DNA from: Pecten maximus
Taxonomy: Eukaryota
Direction: 5' to 3'
Assembly (NCBI RefSeq): GCF_902652985.1
Contig: NC_047015.1
Location: forward strand, 23,808,001 to 23,872,000
DNA length: 64,000 bases
Shown here in pieces: positions 13,072-26,329 of the stretch. The translations under genes were made by a program, and so were the position numbers. The notes under the pieces are model-generated. The model was given only the letters and a program-made list of their open reading frames with translations, was not told the origin of the DNA and did no database searches. Each line of letters starts with the position of its first letter. The stretch's first letter is position 1.

Positions 13072-13729
13072 GTTTTGTTTGTAGGTGTGACAATCGACAG
13101 TATGACATTCACTGGTCTGATACACGAAAGCACTCGTTGATCTGTGAAGCCTGATAAGAATGACCGTGTTTGTTTTACACTCTAGTTCCTCATTTGGCTA
13201 GACTTGAGCTTTGGAAGTGCCCAATTGATCTATAAAATATATCAAGGGTCATGTCGATAAAACCAGACATCCTGTTTTAAAACGCAGAAATATGGCCGCT
13301 TTCTTTACATGCGTTTCATATTTTCACTCTACGTCACTGTTTTACAAAGTCATCACTCTTGGAAAATCTGGTTCTGATTGGAATACAAGAGAGTGAAGAA
13401 TTCTCAGTCTGTACTTGTAACAACTGCTTTCCCTTAAGTTCACATAAATAGTCGCCATTTGGAAAACTGAATAAGGGGAATTATTTGGTACATGTACATA
13501 ACCACATGACCACTTAAAAACACACACAATCACAAATAACATCACAAGCTTTCAAGAGATGCGAATTGATGAAGACTGTGGGAAAATGATCGATATCATG
13601 ATCATGTAGAGAATGATTCTATGTCGGACTTAAATTTTGACGAGGCGTACCCTTCCTCAGCACAAGAACTTATTCTGATAATTTTTCAACGGTCTCCATG
13701 TAATTCTATATTTTGTATCCGTCATATTA

Positions 13730-14930
13730 TACAATCATAGCGTGAAGTCGATATTTGGATTTATCGACCTAAGAAAATATAACATTAACCTCGGACTACG
13801 TCCTCGGTCAATATTATCTTTTCTTGGGTCGATAAATCCTGGTATCAACCGAAGCTAAAGGCTGTAATTGTTTTATTATTTTTGATAGATTGATAAATTA
13901 AAATTTAAAATATCACAAATACATTTTGTTTCTTCTTTAACATTTATTTTATTACAACAGTTTTTTTTTCCAACACAATTTAACAATATAGGTAACAATC
14001 TGAATATGATATTTTAGTATTGATGTTGACATTTTGACAATGGGACACGATTGCCACAGGTAAATTGCACAGTGAACCGAACATCTGCATGGTATTTTGT
14101 ACAAGATTTTGCATTTTGTGCTCTGTCTGTGTCTAATCATTGGTTTGAGGATTGGAATGATCGAACGTGATATTTGCCAGAAATGTATCAAAATCATCAT
14201 AATCATCTGTCAAAATATCTTCAAGCAATGCATTTGTTTGAGAATCAGTGATAGGTACAAGATCTGAACTACTTATATCCTAACCTACTTTCGCGGTCAT
14301 TGGAACACTGGTGGCACTTGCATTACCTTTAATCCTTTTTCTGATTGTTTCAGACATCAGTCTCCTTGGCCGTTTTCGTTTTTGCGGTCCAAACGGACGG
14401 ACCGGTTGGACCGGTGTTCTTTTATGAAATAAAGACGACCTGATGAGTTTATATTGTTTTCAGTCGAGCCTTGACAAAGACTCCCAAGGCCTGTATTTAC
14501 ATTTGCAGGTCCGTCAAGATATATGTTTGAAATATTGCATTTAAAAACTGACAAACCGATTTGTCCGAATAAACGAACAGGCCCTTTGTGTTCTCTGTTG
14601 TTTTACCTCCAAAGTTTGACAGCACTTGGTCAAGTCGTTGATTTGAAAATGTTTCAAAGTGTGTTGGGATATCTTTGTCCTTTAAATATTGACGAAAAAC
14701 GTTTACGGCTGTCTTGGTAGCTCTACTAGTATTCACATCAACAGAATCGTCAGTTAATTTTTGGATTTCTGTTTCCGACTACGTTAGAAATCGCTTATCG
14801 TCTGCAAAGGCCGCCATGATGAAACGGATGTGGAAGCGAAGGCGCGTTCGAATGAGACGCCTAGACTTGCAAGCACCCTAAGTCAATATATATTTTTCAC
14901 GCGCTCCAAGTCAATATCAAAATTTATAAA
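13730..14930 (-). mobile_element. Crypton-like (DUF3504-type tyrosine recombinase) element remnant with terminal hairpin
   Basis: MAAFADDKRF..EIQKL..NTSRATKTAVNVFRQYLKDK..FETFSNQRLDQVLSNF (14818-14600) matches Crypton/KCTD1-ZMYM-type N-termini; inverted repeat at 13757-13839. Confidence 0.6.
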
Positions 14931-15264
14931 TGGACACGAAATGCACTCCTGACTAATCCGAGTTTACAAACCAAAAAAAATAATAATTTTACTTATTTGG
15001 AGTTGGATTAAAGTTTTGATATGTCGCTTTTCTCTATTGTTCTTGTAACTACATTTCAAAAGATAAGCAAGCAAATCAAGTATTCCTTTTCTGTTGTTTG
15101 GTTGTTTTTAGATAAAGATATAAAAGTGGCATATAGTGTGTTTCTGTAATTGTTCAACGAAAGTAGAAGAAACGGATCAACAAGTATATTTTGAAAAAAA
15201 GTACAGGAATCATCCAACAAACTGTGATGAATTTAAACAATAATAATGGAATGTTATGTACTTA

Positions 15265-16155
15265 TAATATCTAGTGTATGTACATGTATTACCATATATA
15301 GTGTATGTACAAATAATACCTATTTTATGTACATATAATACCATACCAGGTGTATGTACATATATTACCTAGTGTATGTACATATAATAACTAGTGTATT
15401 CACATATATCACCTAGTGTATGTACATATATTACCATACCTTGTGTATGTACCTACATTACTAAACCTTAGTAGTGGTGTATGTACATATATTACCACAC
15501 CTAATGTATGTACATACATTACCAAACCTTAGTTGTGTATGTACATATAATACCATACCTAGTGTATGTAATACAATACCATACCTAGTTTATGTATTAT
15601 AATACCATATCTAGTGTATGTCCATATACCATACCTAGTGTTGTATCATACCATACGTACCTAGTGTATGTACATATAATACCATACCTAGTGTATATAT
15701 TATAATACCATACCTAGTGTATGTACATATAATACCATACCTAGTGTACGTATTAAAATACCATACCTAATGTACGTATTATAATACCATACCTAGTGTA
15801 TGTATTATAATACCATACCTAGTGTACGTATTATAATACCATACCTAGTGTATGAACATATAATACCTAGTGTATGTATTATATAATACCTAGTTAATGT
15901 ATTATATAATACCTAGTGTATGTATTATAATACCATACCTAGTGTATGTAATATAAAACCATACCTAGTGTATGTATTATAATACCAGACCTAGTGTACG
16001 TATTATAATACCATACCTAGTGTATGAACATATAATACCTAGTGTATGTATTATATAATACCTAGTTAATGTATTATATAATACCTAGTGTATGTATTAT
16101 AATACCGTACCTAGTGTATGTAATATTAAACCATACCTAGTGTATGTACATATAA
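15265..16155. repeat. Minisatellite, ~24-28-bp unit (CCTAGTGTATGTATTATAATACCATA)
   Basis: More than 30 tandem variant copies. Confidence 0.95.
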
Positions 16156-16363
16156 TTATATTTCAAATATAAGACACTGTCACAAACAGCACGTGTCGGT
16201 ACGTCAGTAACTTTCAGTACAATCATTACAGATAACAAACATGTCAATGAGAACAACATATTTTCACTGATAACGAGGGAATCAAGTATGCCCTGATGAC
16301 GTCATTAGCAGAGAAATCAGGTCAAGAGTATGATATCCACAAAAGTCAGCTTAGCAAAATCAC

Positions 16364-16567
16364 TTTACAGCCATCATAAGATTTATTATTTATGTTCAGA
16401 CTCGCGTTTGACTGAAAAGTTGGGTAGAATAGTCCTTCACTACAAATCTAATGTAACCATCACAAGATCAATTTACAGCCATCATAAGATTTATTATTTA
16501 TGTTCAGACTCGCGTTTGACTGAAAAGTTGGGTAGAACAGTCCTTCACTACAAATCTAATATAACCA
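16364..16567. repeat. 108-bp tandem duplication
   Basis: TTTACAGCCATCATAAG...CAAATCTAAT at 16364 and 16472. Confidence 0.9.
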
Positions 16568-16765
16568 ACACCATAATGCATTCAAAAACAACAAAAATCA
16601 CTGCACATTGGATAATTTGCTTTTACAATAATAATCACACCATAACGACGCCTTGGAAATATGATGGCAAACTGATAACTTAACTGAAATAAGATGAGTT
16701 TAACTTATTATTTCATATATTACTTGATAACGTTTTAATCATTATCTGACTCTCTAAACAAAATC

Positions 16766-17087
16766 CAGCAGCACACCCCACCCGGTCACATTATACTGAC
16801 AACGGGCTAACCAGTCGTCCCACTCTTAATATGCTGAGCGCTAAGCAGGAATAGCAACTACCATTTTTAAAGACTCTGGTATGTCTCAGCCAGGGGACAG
16901 AACCCAAAGCCTTCCTCACAGGGGCGAACGCTCAACTAAAGGCCAAAAGTGAGTCATTGTCAAGGGAGACATTAGGAAGAAGAAGGCTGTTAAGAAAGAG
17001 AAAAGATAAGATCCCAAATTTAGTCGCCTCTTACGATCATGCAAAGGGGGCAGCAGGTACAATTCTTACGCCCTACCTGCAGGGCAG
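16766..17087 (-). mobile_element. Bivalve SINE (Meta/MESC-like core), partial
   Basis: Reverse complement of the 27228-27766 copy; core GAGTCTTTAAAAATGGTAGTTGCT..GCTTAGCGCTCAGCAT. Confidence 0.8.
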
Positions 17088-17699
17088 TCCCTTAGTTTAG
17101 GTAATGGATCAAGGAAAGCGCAATAACCCTTGCAAAAATTAGTCATGCGGAACAAAAGTCGAAATTGATCTGTAGCTACTCAAAACTAAGTTACATACAA
17201 TCTTCGGGAAACTGAGTGGACGGACCGGCAGACTGACAGACAATCGAACGGTGAGGAAACCTGCAGTCCCTGAGGTGACGAGGCTTTCTGCGTATGAATG
17301 AAATACATATAGCACGTGCGCGCATGCAAAAGCGCAATTTCATATAGCTCAGAAGCCATCTATTGACAGGTAGTAATGACTCTCAGTGCATACAAAGCCT
17401 AGTCACCTCGGTTACTGTTTTACATATTGTAGTCAAATTATTCTGCCTCATATGTTCAAACACTGATGATGAATGTATAAGTCGCGTCCTTTCTATTCTG
17501 ATTCTAACGGAGTGAAGATGTACATTTTCATGTCCATAGTGTCTGAAGACATTCAAAGGCATATCAAGAAGCAACATTCAGGTGAACGAGGAGACCAGAA
17601 GAACCGAAAAAACCGAGAGAGCCGGGATCGATGATAGCAGCGGGAGTAACGCAATTTACTCAGCAGCCACATATGACAATGAGCAAAGGACCTGAAGAA

Positions 17700-18170
17700 T
17701 CAGAACAGTTCCGGTTTGAGTATCTATTTACGATGATTGTCGGGACCGACATCATGTGGCAAGACATATTTCGTGACGACTCTGTTACAGGATAGTTTTT
17801 TTATAATCAACCCAATCCAGATAGGACTATATGGTTGTGGAAACGATGACAACCGTTGTATGACGTAATCAACAGACCGCCTGACCAAAAATGGAATTTT
17901 TGCAAGGACTACCTTAAGACCTCGAGAATGATCAATCCGTTTAGGACAATCGCAACAAAAGATAGGCAATTCAATAACCCAAGAAATTGTCACTATTTGG
18001 CGCCTTTTGATAATCCCTGGCAGGAAATCATTACTCTGGCACGATGTTTCCCAAAAAGGACAACACTATGCACCGTTTCGAACAGGCAACCAACATCCAC
18101 TACGCATTTATACAGGTGGGAACATACCACAGAAAATCTGAGCCTGTGCACAAACGTTTTTGACGGTAAA
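17700..18170 (+). pseudogene. Polinton/Maverick (adintovirus-type) A32/FtsK-like packaging ATPase fossil
   Basis: Across frameshifts: FRFEYLFTMIV-GPTSCGKTYFVTTLLQ (Walker A 17743-17766), PNPDRTIWLWKR*QPLYDVI, RNCHYLAPFDNP..ITLAR.FPK, TTENLSLCTNVF. Confidence 0.7.
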
Positions 18171-18299
18171 GTGAAGAGTTCCTACAAAACAAGAGACTAA
18201 CGAACCTCATTTTGTCGAAAACAGTTTAAAGGGCAGACGTTAGGTAACAGATGTAACCATAGTATATGTCACAGGATACAGGCCAGAAATGTTAAAATG

Positions 18300-19560
18300 T
18301 TCATATCCTCCATTTTCTTAAGCTCTGCTTTAACCTCGACACGGAGTAAATGAGGAATGCGTCGCGGCGTCTGTACTCCCGGTAATACCGATTCATCAAT
18401 TTCAATTTTGTGTTCTGGTAAAAAGCCGGTAGCTTTGAATAAAGCATTGTGTTCGTCTTTGATTTCAGTAAGTGTAGGTATTCTCTTCGTCGTGCACACA
18501 CGCTTAATTAAGCCAAAGTCAACACTTCTTTGTGGACATAACACTGGAATAGTGTCATTATCTACAACATGCACTGAAATGACGTGATATTTTCCATGTA
18601 GACATATGGCGACATCAGCTTTGCCGACAGTTTTAATGCGATGATCTGTGTACGACAAAAGATTTGCCTTGGTTTTATGGATTCTGCTAATTCCGGCTTT
18701 TACACACAGAGTCTTTGAAATAAACCTTTTCTTTGTTTTGATCTGCATTAACAAACCATTCCGACTCATTGTTCGATGACAATGGTTTTACTTCATTCTG
18801 CACTGTACCTTTGAAGAACGTGTTTGAGTTCGAGTGTTCACTTGAACAGTCATACTTCAGTGTGTGTACTTTGTCGTGTAAACATATGTGTTTAACGGTG
18901 GAGATGGTTATATTTCCCGTATGTAGCTCAATAGGCTGCACAATGTTTTTGGCCACGCTTGTGCGATTTCCCAAAGCATTTACATGATCTCAAAGTAAAC
19001 AGTTTTTGTGACGCGTTTGGTTGTACTTTTGGTTGAAAGGATTTCTTCGTTGGTTTGTCATGGTTACTTATCTGTCTCGCGCCGTGTTTTGATGATTTCA
19101 TGGCGTGAACAGCTTTCTCATCGGACAGTTCTTTTAACTGTACCTCGCTAGCTTTCAATGCTCTACAAATATATATGCGTTTTTGTAACGTTAAGTCTTT
19201 CTCTTTTCGAAGTCTTGACCGAACAGTATCATTCCTAACATCACACACGATGCGGTCACGAATGAGCCATTCACGTAGCGTGTCGAATTCACACATGGAA
19301 GATTTGTATATCAGATTGGTCACGTACGCATCAAATTTCTCTTCATCTCTTTGATTACGAGTGAAGAAAATGTAACTTTTCATAAGCGACGATTTGAGTT
19401 TATCATCCACATTTGCCCACGAAAAAGTGTTATATAATTCTAGAGAGTCCGAGCCGACCACGTGGAAGAAAGTCATAGACCTTACTTTATCATCTTTCTT
19501 GTCTTTTCCGCTCGCTGCCTCGTAAATCTCATATTGCTACTTGAATCAGCTAAATCCGCT
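18300..19560 (-). mobile_element. Ty3/Gypsy gag-protease-RT start remnant
   Basis: gag: LELYNTF, FFTRNQ..EKFDAYVT, CEF..LREWLIRDRIV, LTLQK, Zn knuckle; pol: QTPRRIPHLLRVEVKAELKKMEDMNI. Confidence 0.8.
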
Positions 19561-21109
19561 AAATTCCCTGCCGAAGGAGTAGAGCCACAAAGGGCAAAAA
19601 AAACGGCCCTTTTGTAAATTTTCATAAAAGTGTAGCATATTAATCAATGATACTTCAACTTATTCAATCCGAAATTTTATGTCATTTCGATGAAGGGTTT
19701 TGTTTTATTGGACTTTCAAATACACCCACTCATTTGCATAAAACAGAAAAATGTTTTTTTCGACGTGATCTTTTGCGACGTCATTTTTGCTCGGTCATCA
19801 TTTTACGTCATGGTATATATGTACAAATGGAATATACAAAATGATGATACCTACGACTCTGTTTTAATATTATATTTTAATATTGACATAATTTAATATG
19901 CATTGAAGAAAATACACGGTCACACAAAAACACTTGCTTTTCTTTTATGTTTGTACTCTTCCAGAAATCTTCATTTAAAATCATTACATCTTGATGCAGA
20001 ATGGAAAATCCAAAAAGACACACATATATATCCAATACAAATTGTTAGATTTCTCCGCAAATTGAACTAGAATTGATGCAAGTGGCCTAGTGTCTTTTCC
20101 ATATTTACGAACAAATATTTTTTTAATAAAAATAATAGTTTTCTAGCTAGTATGAGTTCAAACTCTGGTTAACACTATTACGGAGAGTTCAAACTTGTCA
20201 AATGAAGAACGTAAAGTAAGTTGTATTTTTTCAGCAAACTCCATTGAAATCTTGCGACGACCGGCCCAGTAAAAATGCCAAGACTTTGATCAACAGAGGC
20301 GTTTAGGTTTTCAGATTATATGCGAGATCATTTAGTACGTCTGTGACAAAATGAAACATCAATATATGCCATATATTTTACCGTCAATTAATGTTTTTAC
20401 CAAAACAATGCACCTCGCACGAGACAGCTGATTGCAAATTAAGGCCCTAACAATGTATAAAAAAACATGTGATATCTGTTCCCGGGTTGTACAGCAAACC
20501 AAGACATCATCCGCGAATTTCAACTTTAGTGATTCCTAAGCATTTTGATTATTTATTAATTAATTTCGACTGGACATCTCATAATTATTGCCAATCAATG
20601 TACTACCTTTAAACCAGCGCTCTCACGCTAAATAGGCAAGTTGAAAGGATCGACCGCGCGGTCATGCTGAGTGATGTGAAAACGGGTGTCCCAATTAGAG
20701 ATGGATAATTTTGCAGGTATCAGATAAATTTGGTAGATAGTATGACTGGACAATTTAAAAGCAGTGTTTATTTTTGACCTAATTGTACCAACATATATCA
20801 CCTATTTTTACAGTACGCTAGCGCTAAATCATATATGCAACAAGTTATGTTGACTATGTTTTCAATATGTTAAACAGACCATTCATTACACTAATATTTG
20901 ACAGTTTCCGTTTCAAATAAAACATCTAACCATGCAGAGACTCAACATTTATGTCTCTATTTAGCCTAATACAAGTATGTCTAAACTTTTGTGTCAAATG
21001 AAACATGTACTTTTTTTAGGGCAAAGAGCTACACAATGGCCGAGCGGCTTCGGGATTAATTTACGGTAACTATCATTACTATCACGAAATGAAGAAAGTT
21101 TGAATTGAC

Positions 21110-21395
21110 ACTGCCTCACTTTTTGCCTTCAGTTAAGCGTTCGCCCCTGTGAGGAAGGCTTTGGGTTCTGTCCCCTGGCCGAGACATATCAGAGTCTTTA
21201 AAAATGGTAGTTTGGTTTGGTTTGTTTTGTTAAACGTTCCGGCCTATCACAAGGAGACTTAACACGAACATACCGCAGCCTCCCATAACTCACATACGCA
21301 CTCACCACACGCATGCATGTCGCACGCACGGGATATCGTCCTTAAATGACCTTAGCTGCTAATAGGACGTTGAACAAAATAAACCAAACCAAACC
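21110..21395 (+). mobile_element. Meta-like SINE copy, internally deleted, with inverted tail insert
   Basis: Matches 27355-27766; (AAACC)n tail at 3' end; TTTGGTTTGGTTTGTTTTGTTAAACGT at 21211-21237. Confidence 0.8.
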
Positions 21396-21637
21396 GAATG
21401 TACTATTTTTGCGTGTCGGGATGCGGACTATCAAAAGAGTACATAGAACTATGTGAAAAACTAAATGCTTGTTGCCAATAGTTTACGTAAGGGTTCTTTT
21501 TTTATTTATCTAAGAATTTTATTGAGAAGACATAGTCAATATTACAACATTTAAAAAATATTAACATGCTATAAATGAATAATGGATGTGAAATATTGAA
21601 ATGAAACATTACCATTCAGTAGATGTAATGTATTCTA

Positions 21638-21970
21638 TATTGCGGTGGCTGATTTGTGCCATTTCGTTATTTCATCTTTTCGCCCCGAAAAGACAAAAAT
21701 GAAATATCTAAATTCTCGTTCTTTCGTCTTTTCGCCCCGAAAAGACGACAAGTCATACGCGAAAAGACAAAATTTATGCACGCGGATTAGCGACCTTAAT
21801 TCTCGTCTTTTCGGGTTTAAAAATCTCGTCTTTTCGCACCTAAAACACAAAATTTAACAAACCTTCATTCTCGTCTTTTCGCACCTAAAACACAAAGTTT
21901 AACAAACCTTCATTCTCGTCTTTTCGCCCCGAAAACACGAAAATTAACGAAAAGACGAGAATTAAGGGTG
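21638..21970. mobile_element. MITE-like element built of TCGTCTTTTCGCCCCGAAAAGACGA subrepeats
   Basis: Multiple direct and palindromic copies of the motif. Confidence 0.55.
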
Positions 21971-22313
21971 CTGTTTTTGACCATTCGTTTTTGCTACAAT
22001 TTTATATTGACAACACGGGGATTGTATCGTTTATTTTCGATGCATGGTTTACACATATAAAAGTAACAATGTGATCAACTGTCGCTAAATCTAGACCAGT
22101 ATAAATACATATGATGCAGCTGATAAGGTTTGTTACATTATAAACAACTAACATATATACATATAGATATACAAAGCACCTATTTCCCCTAAATGACTAT
22201 AGACTCGACTGTAATCAATATACTAATCAAAGTTCAACACGACAGGTCATTCTGGTCGGACTTTTATATTTATGTAATACACCATTACTGAGTAATACTC
22301 CTATACCCACAGC

Positions 22314-22344
22314 TGACACAGGTGATATCTTCACGGGATTCGAG
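22314..22344 (+). other. Putative 5' UTR exon end of EEP gene 1 (donor GT at 22345)
   Basis: CTGACACAGGTGATA..TCGAG|GTAGG is conserved with 32818-32857 upstream of paralog 2. Confidence 0.55.
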
Positions 22345-23582
22345 GTAGGCGATTCACTTATATCGAAGATAATCATACTAACTCATGAATACAAATTGTA
22401 ATATAGTTTTAACTTCCCTATTTTCAGTTCATTTGCGATATGTCATACGAAAAACCTAGAGCATTTGGGTAGAAGAATCTAATACGATGTTACTCTGCGG
22501 GTGAATATACGTTCGATGGTGGTTTAAAGAGTATTTATTTGTTCAAAATGATGATAAGACAATCCATCAACAGAGAATAACAGAATTCAGAAAGAAGTAC
22601 TTATGTACTTTTATTAATCTGTCTTCTCTTTTGTGACAGGCATGACAAACAAAGGATGTCATGGAGAGCCACAGACGTACATCTTGTATGTACATGGCTC
22701 AACATGACTCCAGGCCCGTAGGTTGTAAAATCAGCAGAGAAAAGATAATACTGTCGTTATAATAGTAAAACAGTAATAATAGTAATATCAATAAGTAAAA
22801 TGATAACAATAATGTAGTTGAATAGGAGAGAAAACATTGGAACGAGAAGGGGTAGAAGGTTAGGAGGGGGCGGGGGTGGAAGTGGTGGACTAAATTTCTT
22901 GAAGGAGTAGAGTACAACACAAACTCGTAAAGTAGCGACAGCTATAGATTTAGACATGATAAATAGCCACATGTTCTCAAACATGTAGATATACCTGTGC
23001 TTTATGTATAATTTAAAACCATTACACAAGTATGAGCTGACAGCGCCATTCGGCAAACATCGGCAGAATCCGGTACTCTGCATCTAGTATCTACATGTGA
23101 CACGTAGATATGGTGACCCGGAATATGATAATGTTTTCCTAATGCTGCCCGTACGAGTTCAAAGCTGTATACGTATGCATATATATGAAACCAGCGGAAA
23201 GTTAATAAAATGTGTTCATGTGATTCGCTGAAGTTGTATCATAGCTCAAACAGTAGGACTGTTTTGTTTCAATATCCATTATTTCAATTCCATATTTTAG
23301 TTTCATTTACATCGTCCTTATCATGACACAATATATATCATACAATACATATCACACAATACATATCAAACAATACATAAGCGGGGATGTCTATCGGATA
23401 TTGCTAATGATCATTGTCTTATACTTCCCGTTTTTATACGCTGTACTGTACATGTATAATTACATCTTCAAAATCAATGATTTTCATGTCCTTCACTTCT
23501 ATTTTATTTTAACAGACAAGCCACTGATCCAGTTTAGATATGAATGGATAGTTAACGATACTATTTGTATAGACGCACCACC

Positions 23583-24494
23583 ATGGCTACAACAGGCAAC
23601 AAAAAGGACAAAACCTTTCCCATGCAAATTATTTCTATGAATGTAAACGGTCCGAATGCCGGGAAGGGTTCTGCTAGCAGTAGGAGGAAATATTTTGCTG
23701 ACGTTGTTTTGGCTAACAAGCCACACATCCTCCTGATACAAGAATTTCAATGGAAAAGGATTCGAGGGAAGACTTGGGAAGCCACCCCTTTACCTGATCA
23801 ATATGCATACACTGGCAACGAGCAAGCTAGTGTTTTATATGATACCAGTGTTTTAAATGATACCAATCATGTTCTTAAAACATTAAAACAAAGAGACTTA
23901 CAGGCACCTTTGGATAATCTAAAAAGAACGGGAAAAGTATCAAATGACTTTTCGCCTTTCGCACGTGCCTGTATCAGAGTTTTGGAGCCAAAAGAACAAA
24001 ACTCTTCAGATGCATTCAAAATCCTCATTGTGTCATGGCACGGTGTATATAAATGTACGGACGAAGAAAAGCAGGAGCAGTTCGAAAACCTAAAAGTGTA
24101 TTTGGCGGAGCTGTCTGCAAAAGAAGGTGCTGCTATTCTTTTGGGTGGTGATTTCAATTTCGACATTTCCCAAATCGAAATTCGTCCCTCCGATGATTTT
24201 ATCTTGCATGAGTATACACCATCAGCGCGACGAGGAGGAAAGGTCATAGATTATTTTATGACTTCTTCAGAATTGGATCTTACAGATGTAAAGCATATCG
24301 ACCTTGCCGAAATGAGAGACCCAGAAACAGCACTTGACCCGTACAACGTGCTGGATCACGATCCAGTTTCCGCTACTGTGGCCAGGAGGACACCAATTGA
24401 GGATAAGACTATACCAGTGCGTATGTGTGTTTTGGAAGGCTGCGTTTTGTTGGTGTTAAGTCTCCTTGTGATAAGCTGGATGATAATAAGATGA
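23583..24494 (+). CDS. Stand-alone EEP (exonuclease/endonuclease/phosphatase, APE/DNase I fold) protein, 303 aa, with hydrophobic C-terminus
   Basis: Intact motifs MNVNG, LLIQE, SWHG, GGDFN, IDYF, LDHDPV; acceptor at 23515 and Kozak ACCATGG; no RT downstream; AATAAA just after the stop. Confidence 0.8.
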   Translation: MATTGNKKDKTFPMQIISMNVNGPNAGKGSASSRRKYFADVVLANKPHILLIQEFQWKRIRGKTWEATPLPDQYAYTGNEQASVLYDTSVLNDTNHVLKTLKQRDLQAPLDNLKRTGKVSNDFSPFARACIRVLEPKEQNSSDAFKILIVSWHGVYKCTDEEKQEQFENLKVYLAELSAKEGAAILLGGDFNFDISQIEIRPSDDFILHEYTPSARRGGKVIDYFMTSSELDLTDVKHIDLAEMRDPETALDPYNVLDHDPVSATVARRTPIEDKTIPVRMCVLEGCVLLVLSLLVISWMIIR

Positions 24495-26329
24495 TAATAA
24501 AGATGTTTGACAGACAAAATAACATGCTTTCATGTGCCGTCACAGACTTTCAAGGTGAAATGAGGTCGTGTTTAATGACGTTTTGGAGACAATAACTTAT
24601 ATTTTGAACGAGTTGGTAAACACCAGCAAAGAGTTTTTAATTGAGCAAACGTTCGAGCTAAAGAAGGAAATCGGTGCAATACATAATAAGGCGAAACAGC
24701 AAGTCCATGTATCTGCAGAAAATTCAAGCCAATCTGATTGAGGGTTTTATAAGGATTAAACTGCACAATAGTACACGTTTGTTTGCAAAGCTCTAGCATC
24801 TATATCGACCATAGACACCAAAAAAGACAGTTTAATGCTTATCAATTTTCCTGCGTAAATTATCTGAAATTAAATATGAAAATATCGCTTTATCATTTTG
24901 AATATCAATTGATTGATAAGTAATAAGAACAGAATTTATTTTAAACTTACATTTATTTCAAAACTTAAGTCTTTAAGTTCAAGGGAGGACATTGGTATAT
25001 TCAACCATATATGACCATTTCATGGATAACGTATTTAGTTATGTGTGTGAGACAATGTATAGTGACGTCACAAATTATTTCATAGGATTGTTATACCAAC
25101 AGAATCGAAATTCGTCTTACATGTAGTTTTGCAAAGAATAAATTTGGTAGTTTTAAATTCTCCAAAATAGAAGTTCTATCATAACCAATTTCTTACACTC
25201 ATAAATCTGTTATATGGAATTTAATTAACTTGTCTTTGACACATAATTAATACCATTCTTTGCATACACCCAATAAAGGAATTTCGTGGTATACACCAAA
25301 TAAAATTACTCGTTTAAAAAGCCTTTATTTCGGGAAAACAACTGTGATTTATTTCATTGTATGTCAATTTCTAGCGGTTTCGTGCTGGTCATGAAATTTG
25401 GATACGTCACATGTATGTTTGTGTTGTATTTAAAAACAATTTAAAGATACAGGAAATTATCTAAATATTCATTTATACACTTCTTATTTAAAACAAAGGT
25501 TTTCACATGCGTATTTCCGTACAAATAAATCATTACCGTAACGATATCGTCATTACCGCAACGCTAACGGCGTTCCGGTAATGACAAGTTTCGGTAATGA
25601 CTTTTTTGTTTATTTCTTGTGATATAAGCGATAAAAAGTTCGTGAGGTGGGAAATTTGAACACATAAAATAAACTTGCACCACAATATCTTACTACCAGG
25701 GAATTATTACACTAATGTCCCTTCACAGTTGTAAAAATGGTAACGTTCGGTAATGACAAAGAGAAAACCTACGACTTGGATTTGAAATACTTACAATCAC
25801 AATCCTCGCTGGGAACTTCCGCCGCCATGTGCTCGCTTGGTTGACATTGAAAAGATAACTCGACCTTCGTTTTGGCTGAAGTGTACGTCGCATATAAGAG
25901 TTACCTCCCTTCGTATGCGGCATTAAAGCAATATCGTTTCGGTAATGACAAAAACTTGTGACACCAAAATTTGAACAGAAATCGACACTTTTTCAAGAAA
26001 CTCAAACCGTCAAGATTTACCCAAGTAGTGAATAGTACACATATTTACTTAAGACATTTTGCGACTCAAAAAAATTGACAATATTTGATGAAGTTTTAAT
26101 TTTATGGATGTTTAATTTTCTATACGTCGACCTTGTGACACGTGGAATTTCAACATTTATCACAATATTTTAGTCTTTTATTATTTTTCAACTTGCTATT
26201 CGTTATTATTTGTTAATCACCCATACATTTCATGCTTCTTACATTATCAATCTGTTTTCCGTGGTCTCTACAAGTTTTTATTAACGCTGGTATACTTAAT
26301 TGTTTTCACGGACACGAAATATACCGTAA

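Noticed and set aside
16293-16323. CTGATGA...GAAA...GTC hammerhead-like words
   Set aside because: Stems I and II cannot be paired.
23583-24494. EEP ORFs as LINE ORF2 endonucleases
   Set aside because: Both end without an RT, have conserved splice structure, and the nearby LINE fragments are separate and decayed.
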